Assembly: GCA_050273025.1 (NCBI GenBank)
Contig: CP158635.1
Location: forward strand, 20,150,001 to 20,214,000
DNA length: 64,000 bases
Source of the DNA: Cenococcum geophilum
Lineage: Eukaryota
Direction of reading: 5' to 3'
Positions within the stretch are counted from its first letter, which is position 1. Each line of letters begins with the position of its first letter. A model generated the notes under the pieces. It was not told where the DNA came from. It made no database searches and saw only the letters and a list, made by a program, of their open reading frames with translations. The position numbers were made by a program, and so were the translations under genes. Positions 55,290-64,000 of this stretch are shown here, piece after piece.

Positions 55290-56497
55290 TTAGATGTTGA
55301 AACCGCCGTGCTTCGCAGCCTCCACAAACCGCCAGAGTCCAGCCTCTTCAGCGGCTTTCCGTACTGATGCCACTTCATCTAAGTTAACAGCTCTGTTTAT
55401 ATCCCCATACCTCACTTTGGCCTTGACTGTCTTAGAAGCTTTTATGCCTCCGCGTGATGGTTTTCCCACATGTGCCCGAGGAAAATACTGTTCCATTATA
55501 TGAACCATGGTATCCAGAGAAACATTCCCTGCGAGCCATTTTACAATTTCTCTGCCTTCATCTTCTTTTCCAGGCATTACCAAGTGTCGAACTAGTACAC
55601 CTTTCTTCGCGATGCCATCCGCAGTAAAACAGAGATCGCCAACCTGCGCATGCATTGCCTTGATACTTTCCATCGCCGTTTCTGTATAGTTATCCGCCTT
55701 CAGGAGCCGCCTGGACGTTTCAGTGTTCCACACCTTAAAGTCTGGTAAGTAAATGTCTACAAGACCATCTAAAAGTTTCAAGCTTTCGAGAGAATCAAAA
55801 GAGGATGTGTTGTATATGATGGGCAATCTGAGGCCTAGTTCCCGGGCATGAAGGATAGACAGTGCGACTTGAGGGACGACGTGTTCGGGAGTGACGAGGT
55901 TGATATTATGCACTCGGCCCACCTCTTGTAATTTCATGTACCACTCTGCAAGCTCCTCGGGAGTAAGGTCGAACCCGTTTCGCTGATGTGCAATGTCATG
56001 GTTTTGACAAAAGACACATCGCAGGTTACAGCCGGAAAAGAAGACGCTGCCAGAGCCGTTGTGTCCTTGAATGCATGGTTCTATACATTGCTATAGGTTA
56101 ACGAGTCAAATTCCGATTATGCTGTATTTGATTGAAGAACGTGTTGGCTATTGAGGAATAATGTTCAAATACACGCCTCACCTTCCCCAAAGTGCGGAGC
56201 TATCGTATTGACCTTGACTGTTTCAGCACCGATGAGACACACTCCTGTCTTCTCGTATCTGTTCACACCGCACAGTCTTGGGCAAAGATTACAATTGCGC
56301 AAATGGGCGTAAGCTTCAGACCTCTTCTTTGCTGCGTCGATGGAGGATATTAGATGATGGCGGGGAATGTAGCGGTCGAGGAGGAACGGAGGGGCAAGGT
56401 GGAGCCAGCGCGAGGAGGGTTGTGGCTGCCGTATGGAGGTGGGGATTGATCGTTGGAAGGGCCTCTTTGGGAGGGAGGACGGGAATGATTTGGGCAT
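55290..56497 (-). CDS. Radical SAM protein, PflX/PFL-activating-enzyme-like family, 368 aa; exons 56497-56182 and 56080-55290
   Basis: ATG at 56497; GT..AG intron 56181-56081; spliced frame gives CNLCPRLC, PHFGEEPCI, CNLRCVFC (CxxxCxxC), NINLVTP, DIYLPDFK, LVRHLVMPG; 1107 nt open, non-RIPed composition. Confidence 0.92.
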
Positions 56498-56859
56498 TGC
56501 CGGTCTACGTGGTCGCGCATCGCAAGAGCCCAGTGTCGATCTAACACTCTTATTGTGGTTTGCAACTGTCGTTTTCAAAATATCGGTAAAAATCGCTAAG
56601 CCGCACGACCTGTATTACCCCAATCAAAAGAATCCTTGGCATGCGGATTTCCAAATTTTGCACCCAAACTCACGTGTAAAACCGTAAGACAACTAACCCA
56701 TTTCCATGTTAAACGCGCCTTATTATCGATATAACGTCCCTATTATTAGTTAGTAAGTTAAAGCTAACATTATTCTACTATTTATTCTATTTTAATGTGT
56801 TTTCTAATATTATAGTATCTTATACTAGGAGGAAATCCAATCTACCACCTCGCTACGCG

Positions 56860-56920
56860 AGGTGGCGTCTCGCTGTCTCGACTCAGGTGGCCTTTCGCTG
56901 TTTTAACTTAGGTGGCCTTT
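56860..56920 (+). repeat. 25-bp tandem repeat (~2.4 units), overlapping a 21-bp hairpin at 56845-56865
   Basis: AGGTGGC starts at 56860, 56885 and 56910; hairpin CCACCTCGC-TAC-GCGAGGTGG. Confidence 0.7.
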
Positions 56921-56921
56921 A

Positions 56922-57406
56922 CAGTGATGTGCACGACCAGCTTCCCCTTTAGCGAGTTGCAGATTCGGTACGCGCATCCAATTTCGCCTGGTTGCCACCA
57001 GCTGTACATCGTAATTGTAGCGAGCGGCTGTGGCTGCACGCAAGGACCTTTTTGGTTGCCCTGGAGAATCGCCTTGGTTGGCCAGGAGAACCAAATCGAA
57101 GACGACGCTTCCTTTTCTCCCCCTTAACTATGCCTCCATTATGCCCGCAAAAACGCGAATACAACGCTGTCTCTGCAGAGAGGTTGACGAAATTTGGCAA
57201 TATCGTACGGGTGGAAGCCTCACGATATTTGACAAAGATCACGACACTGCGGAGGAAGGCCGCCAGAAGTAACGTTCTTGTAGCCAAGCATACGGCTTCG
57301 CTACAATTACTATGTACAGCTGGTGGCAACCAGGCGAAATTGGATGCGCGTACCGAATCTGCAACTCGCTAAAGGGGGGGGTGAAGCTGGTCGTGCACAT
57401 CAATAG
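56922..57406 (-). mobile_element. 485-bp Tc1/mariner-type MITE, un-RIPed
   Basis: ~100-bp TIRs (56925-57023 vs 57298-57402), TA at 56920-21 and 57407-08, CAGTG terminus; 57199-57406 is homologous to the start of the Tc1-like element at 63127-63358. Confidence 0.8.
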
Positions 57407-57407
57407 T

Positions 57408-60263
57408 ATGTCCACGGTTCGATTTGTATGGCTGAATCAGCCGCTGAGTCACGATTTGGCAGGCAGGAGGCCCGTGCGCTCAGTGGCATGTGGATGTTAC
57501 CCCATGTCCACGGTCGATCTTCGATCGCCAGCAACGCCGCAGCAACGTCGCGCTCTTAATACCCGTCAAGCGCTATGCGTAGAGCTGTCTAAGGGCTCTC
57601 TGCTCGCACTAGGATAGTAAGAATTGGCCATAGGTTAATAGAGATATTTACGTTTTAAATTAGGCGCCGCTATTATATAAGTACCCTACTAAACTTATAC
57701 CACACTAAAATAAGCCCCTAAGGGGCTATAGATAAAGGCTTTAAGAGAACTCCTTAGAAGTTAGATATATATACTATTTTAAAGCTTTTCTACCCGCTTA
57801 AAGCCGTTTATAAAGCTAATCTAGCAAGCACTATATCTACTCCTACTGTTAATTAATCTGCTATATAGCCGCTTTCTTACTAATCCTCTAGGCCTACGCG
57901 ACCCGCTTAATCTCCTTAATAACCTTAAGCCGTAGGGAGTACTATTAGAGCTTATTTTGCCAGCTAGCCCGCTATCTACTACCTTATTTAGAATTTAGCG
58001 CTACTATAGAAGGATTACCTCTAAGCCCTTTAGTCTATTTACGCTAAAGGGCCTATACGGACTTTACTGTACGGCATATACAATATACAGGCGGCTACTT
58101 AGGCGGCTGCTTAGGCTTAGGCCCTTACTGCGGCTATAGCTATAGCTATAGCTACAGCAGCGCTAGCGAAGGGGAAGCTATAGCGCTTATCTGGGCCGAT
58201 ATATTCTAGCTTAATTCCGCGATAGATAGAGGCGCTAATAGACGTGCCGTTAGTAGATATGCTATTAGTAGGTATACCGTTAAACGCGAATATATAGATG
58301 CCGAAGGGACCTTAAGCTAAAAGATAAGGCTACTAAATGTAAGCAATTAAAGCTATAAAGACTGCGCCTACTAGGACTCGGCTATACGGTTAAATAACGC
58401 CTATAGCTTACGTGCTTAGGCGTCTATAGTCTTTAGGCGGTCTGTAATAGCTAGTACGGCCTAGTAGAGTATTAATAGCTAGCTAGGGCCTTCTTCCTCC
58501 TACTATAGGTAGGCTTTAACCTTCCGCGCGAAGGGTAGATAGGCCTTATACTAAAAGACTAAGTAGTTCTATATAGGGCTACTTAGGAATATCTTACGGA
58601 GGACTACTAAGTTCTATAGGATAACCTCCTAGAGATAAAATAGGAGGTTTATAGCGCCTATAGCCGCAAGGTTGTTAATCTAGCCGACCTAAGGGCTAAA
58701 CTAACCCTTTTAGACGTCTAGCTCTAGCTAGATTATTAATAGTAGTATATTAGGGGGGGCGACGCTTGCCCTATAAATCTTAAAGCAGCCTATCTACGGC
58801 GAATGGCCGGCTATTATCCGTATAAACTCCCGCGGCAGCGAGTTTAAGTAATAGCCGACTATCTACTTCTAGTTCTACCTACTAGCGCGTTTAATCTAGT
58901 CCTTACTAACCCCTTTTAGCTCCGCTATCTTAGCGCTAGCGCTTTACTTAATATAGGTCTTCTTCTATAAGAAGACGCCGATAGCCTAAAATGCCTTAGT
59001 AACCTACTCCCGCTGCGAGTTATATAAGAAGGCCGTTTTATAGTTTCTAGCGCTGCTCTTAATTAGGCGGATATTATACTACACTAACCGCTTACTAAAG
59101 TCTAGGAATAGCTCGTTGCTAAGGTCCTAGCGGTATAGGAGGTAAAAAGCTAGCCTACTAAGTATATAAATGAGTGGCTTCTTATTACGTAGAGCTCTAA
59201 TAGTCTTAAGGCGGCTATACTAGTTCTACTTACCGGCGCGTGTAGTAAATATTAGGGGTATATAGCGCGTAGGACCTTTTCCCTTAAACTTAAAGGTAAA
59301 TAAGTCTAAGATCTTAGCGGAGCGCCTATTGCCGCCGTAGGTAAGTATATAGTGGCCTAGTAGGATATCTATAAGCGTGTAAAGGTAGTATTCTAGTAAG
59401 GAGTTTCTGCGGGCCTATAGCTCGCGGCAAACGCTTTTAAACTTATCCTCTATATATCCGTTAAGCAGTATATTTCTACCCTTATCTACAAACTACTCCT
59501 TTTTCTACTACGCGTCCCTCTATTATAGAATCTTTAGGTAATCCCTAATATTATCCTCCCGCGGGGACTAGTGGCTATTTATCCCTATACCCTTCTACGT
59601 CTAGTAAAGGTCTATTAGGGTAGTAATATAGCTATAAACTAAGCGTTAGGAGAGCCGCGTCTCGTCCTAAGGTATATTATCGCTAGCCTTACGGCTTTTT
59701 CCTTTTAGTAGCTAGCCTGTAACCTCCTTAATAAGGAAAAAAAGTAGCTTCTCTTCCGTAATAGTATCGCCGTTATAATACTGCTTTTGCTTATAAAAGG
59801 CCTAGAAAGACACGCGTTAGTTATAAGTATACTACTCTGTAAAGCACCTACCTACTTACCTTAAACTTTTTCTACTTTAGCTTATAATTTAGAGACGTGT
59901 TTTTAGGTTTCTTGGAATATATAAGGGTAAGAATACTCTACGCGTTAGCGCGTAGTTTGGTATTATTTATAACGTTAATCTTTACGCAACTAATTAACGG
60001 CATTTTTAAGATATATAGGACGCTACTAGAGAAGCTACGCTATAAGGGGGGGTTCCTATTTTCCTATATACGCAGATATAGACTAGGGAGAAGAGGTAGA
60101 GAAAGCATACCTACCGGATAAGTAATCTTACCGTATAGGGTAAATAAACGGGCGTATGGCTAGGCTAATAGGCTAATAGTACACGCGTATTAGCGACTCG
60201 ATTAGTAGGGGTAAAGACATTTAAAGATGTCTACGGCTTGGCTGTAGGCTCGGCCGTAAACAT
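57408..60263 (-). mobile_element. Crypton (tyrosine-recombinase DNA transposon), left copy, RIPed
   Basis: Mirror image of 60270-63125. Confidence 0.88.
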
Positions 60264-60269
60264 CCGTAA

Positions 60270-63125
60270 ATGTCCACGGCCGAGCCTGCAGCCAAGCTGT
60301 GGACATCTTTAAATGTCTTTACCCCTACTAATTGAGTCGCTGATGCGCGCGTACTATTAGCCTATTGGCCCAGCCATATACCCATTTATTTACCCTATAT
60401 AGTAAGGTCACTTATCTAGTAGGTATACTTTCTCTACCTTTCCTCCTTAGTTTATATCTGCGTATATAGGAAAATAGGAACCCCCCCTTATAGCGCAGCT
60501 TCTCTAGCAGCGTCCTATATATCTTAAAAATACCATTAATTAGTTACGTAAAGATTAATATTATAAATAATACTAAACTACGCGCTAACGCGTAAAGTAT
60601 TCTTACCTTTATATGTTTTAAGAGACCTAAAAATACGTCTTTAAATTATAAGCTAAAGTAGAAAGAGTTTAAGGTAAGTAGGTAGGTGCTTTACGGAGTA
60701 GTATACTTATAACTAACGCGCGTTTTTCTAAGCCTTTTATAAGTAGAAGTAGTACTATAACAGCGATACCGTTATAGAAGAGAAGCTACTTCTTTTTCTT
60801 ATTAAGGAGGTTATAGGCCGGCTATTAAAAGGAAAAAGCCGTAAGGCTAGTAATAATGTGCCCTAAGATAAGACGCGGCTCTCCTAGCGCTTAGTTCGCG
60901 GCTATATTACTACCTTAATAGACCTTTACTAGACGTAGAAGGGTATAGGGATAAACAGCCACTAGTCCCCGCGGGAGGATAATATTAGGGATTATTTAAA
61001 GGTTCTATAACGGAGGGACGCGTAGTAGGAAAAGGAGTAATTTATAAATAAAGGTAGAAATACGCTACTTAACGGATATATAGAGGACGAGTTTAAGAGC
61101 GTCTACCGCGAGCTATAGGCCCATAGAGACTTCTTACTAGAATACTACCTCCGTACGCTTATAGATATCCTATTAGGCTACTATATACTTACCTATAGCG
61201 GCAATAGGCACTCTACCGAGATCTTAAACCTATTTACCTTTAAGTTTAAGGGGGAAGGTCCTACGCGCTATATACCCCTAATATTTACTATACGCGCTAG
61301 TAAGCAGAACTAGTATAGCCGCCTTAAGACTATTAGAGCTCTACGTAATAAGAAGCCACTCGTTTATATACTTAGCGGGCTAGCTTTCTACCTTTTATAC
61401 CGCTAGGACCTTAGCAACAAGCCGTTTCTAGACTTTAGTAAGCGGTTAGTGTAGTATAATATCCGCCTAATTAAGAGCAGCGCTAGGGACCGTAAGATGG
61501 CCTTCTTATATAACTTGCAGCGGAAGTAGGTTACTAAGGTATTCTAGGCCGTCGGCGTCTTCTTATAGAAGAAAACCTATATTAGGCAAAGCGCTAGCGC
61601 TAAGATAGCGGAGCTAAAAGGGGTTAGTAAGGACTAGATTAAACGCGCTAGCAGGTAGAACTAGGAGTAAATAGTTAGCTACTATTTAAACTCGTTGCCA
61701 TAGGAGTTTATGCGGATAATAGCCGGCTATTTGCCGTAGATAGGCTGCTTTAAGATTTATAGGGTAAGCGTTGCCCCCCCTAATATACTACTGTTAACGA
61801 TCTAGCTAGAGCTGGACGTCTAAAAGGGTTAGTTTAGCTTTTAGGTCGGTTAGGTTAATAACCTTACGGCTATAGGCGCTATAAACCTCCTGTTTTATCT
61901 CTAGGAGATTATCCTATAGGACTTAGTAGTCCTCCGCGAGATATTTCTAAGCAGCCCTATATAGAACCACCTGGTCTTCTAGTATAAGGCCTATCTACCC
62001 TTTATATAGAAGGTTAAAGCCTACCTATAGTAGGAGGAAGAAGGCCCTAGCTAGCTATTAATACTCTACTAGGCCGTGCCGGCTATCGCGGACCGCCTAA
62101 AGACTATAGACGCCTAAGCACGCGAGCTATAGGCGTCGTTTAACCGTATAGCCGAGTCCTAGTAGGCGCAGTCTTCGTAGCTTTAATTGCTTACATCTAG
62201 CAGCCTTACCTTTCGGCTTAAGGTCCCTTTGGCATCTATATATTCGCGTCTAACGGCATACCTACTAATAGTACGTCTACCGACGGTATATCTACTAGTG
62301 CCTCTATCTATTACGGAATTAAATTAGAATATATCGGCCTAGGTAAGCGCTATAGCTTCCCCTTCGCTAGCGCCGCCGCAGCTATAGCTATAGCTATAGC
62401 CGTAGTAAGGGCCTAAGCCTAAGTAGCCGCCTAAGTAGCCGCCTGTATATTATATATGCTATATAATAAAGTCCGTATAGGCCCTTTGGCGCGAGTAGAC
62501 TAAAGGGCTTAAAGGTAATCCTTTTATAGTAGCGCTAGATTCTAAATAGGGTAGTAGATAGCGGGCTAGCCGGCAGAACAAGCTCTAATAGTACTCCCTA
62601 CAGCTTAAGGTTATTAAGGAGATTAGGTAGGTTGCGTAGGCCTAAAGGGTTAGCGAGAAAGCGGCTATATAGTAGGTTAATTAACAGCAGAAGTAGATAT
62701 AGTGCTCGCTAGATTAGCTTTATAAACGGCTTTAAGCGGGTAAAAAAGCTTTAAAATAGTATATATATCTAACTTCTAAAGAGTCCTCTTAAAGCCTTTA
62801 TCTATAGCCCCTTAGGGGCTTATTTTAGTGCGGTATAAGTTTAGTAGGGTACTTATATAATAGCGGCGCCTAATCTAAAATATAAATATCTCTATTAACC
62901 TATAGCCAATTCTTACTATCCTAGTGCGAGTAGAGAGCCCTCGGATAGCTCTACGTATAGCGCTTAACAGGTATTAAGAGCGCGATGTTGCTACGGCGTT
63001 ACTAGCAATTAAAGATCGACCGTGGATATAGGGTAATATCTATATACTACTGAGCGCACGGGCCTCCTGCCTGCCAAATTATGACTTAGCGGCTGATTTA
63101 GCCATATAAATCGAACCGTAGATAT
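60270..63125 (+). mobile_element. Crypton (CryptonF-like; Ndc10-type YR domain + Gcr1_C), right copy, RIPed; coding region ~60490-62800
   Basis: Degenerate GNRHSTEILNL (~61200), SKQN*YSR (~61300), KKTYIRQS for the HxxR motif (~61570), ASR*N...YY (~61647-61685); Gcr1_C-like ALWRE*TKGL...*GSR*R (~62480-62565); GTAAGT intron at ~60674. Confidence 0.88.
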
Positions 63126-63126
63126 A

Positions 63127-64000
63127 CTATTAATGTTTACAACTAGCTTCTACCCCCCCCCCAGGCGAGCTTAGATTTTTTTTACGCCATTTAATTTCGC
63201 TTAATTACTACTAACTGTATATAGTAACCGTAGCGAAGCCGTATGCTTGGCTGTAAGAACCCCCTAATCCTGGCGAACTTAAAGCTATTCGCGATCGGCT
63301 TCCCTCCGCAGTATCGTAATCTTTATTAAATATCGTAAGGTTTCTACCCGTACTATATTCGTAATATAGCTCCGCAAATAGGCCTATATTAGCACGCCCT
63401 AATTAAGGATCTTCTTTAACTTAGAGTAACTTGAGCAGAGTGTGCCTTAGCTGCTAGTTATACACCCTAATTAATTACCGCGATTAAGAGGAACTTACGT
63501 ATATTTAGATCAACTTAGGCGCCTTTAAACAGTAAGGGGGGGCAGTTTTTACTAAGCAATCGGATACTCGTGGTAATATTAATGCGGCTAGATAAGAAGC
63601 CAACTCTCTTTAGCAATAAGATATAGTGGTTAATCTACAACACGTTTAATCTCGTAGTTAGCCGCTATATAATATTTTAAAAGCTCTACTTAGCTGGCTA
63701 AACAAGAAAGCGGGTAAGCCAATTAGATCCTCTATAGATAGAGCTTAAAGAGTAGCTTATATAAAGAAGTGTTTCTAGGTAGCCCTCAAACAAAGCGCTT
63801 ACAATCGCGATATATATTTCGCCATTATATTATAGTATACCGCCAATTAGCTTATATTTATAGATAAGTTAAGTATAAATTCAAAGACAGGTGTATAGAA
63901 GACTAGTTAGGCTCCCTCTAGTATTGCACCAATCCTATATACATTATACAATCGGGCTAAGAGGAGGCTTAATATATTACCTACGTATACAATTAACGGC
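63127..64000 (+). mobile_element. Tc1/IS630-type DDE transposon, 5' part, RIPed; runs off the window
   Basis: Begins after TA with a TIR homologous to the MITE; frame AN*LIFIDKLS...KTS*APSSIAP...RLNILPTYTING (63842-64000) fits QLVFVDES...GWAP...ILPAYT. Confidence 0.75.

Noticed and set aside
56498..56578. Upstream start for the radical-SAM gene
   Set aside because: The ORF-track start is TTG; the first in-frame ATG is at 56497.
55294..56687. + strand ORFs over the radical-SAM gene
   Set aside because: Antisense shadows of the real CDS.
56903..57617. Overlapping ORFs, including two 126-aa ORFs with matching termini
   Set aside because: The matching termini come from the MITE TIRs; no recognisable domain.
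57408..63125. Starship captain (DUF3435) recombinase
   Set aside because: The motifs and C-terminal Gcr1_C-like domain fit Crypton; no Starship-type cargo or boundary seen.
57199..63358. Palindrome as a fold-back read or assembly artefact
   Set aside because: The arms carry many independent transitions and their outer flanks diverge; an artefact would give identical arms. Read support would still be the final test.

Overview
This looks like a filamentous-ascomycete (Pezizomycotina-type) genome segment. Almost all of it is AT-rich, RIP-mutated (TpA-rich, CpA/TpG-poor) nested transposon sequence. I resolved three Gypsy/chromovirus elements, two Copia elements, two LINE families (two copies each), a MULE, a hAT, a DUF6589/Academ-like transposase relic, a Tc1/IS630-type transposase, several MITEs and two tiny solo LTRs. 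Many have readable TSDs, giving a four-level nesting order. The only intact host gene is a two-exon PflX-like radical-SAM gene (55290-56497, minus). The most unusual structure is a ~6 kb palindrome of two head-to-head Crypton (tyrosine-recombinase) copies, 57408-60263 and 60270-63125. Its centre and both outer ends look like recombinase core sites (inverted ATGTCCACGG-like 10-mers around 6-7 bp spacers), and both outer ends abut the same TIR end of Tc1-family elements. Protein calls in RIPed DNA come from manual translation with mental reversal of C>T/G>A changes; no database searches were run.
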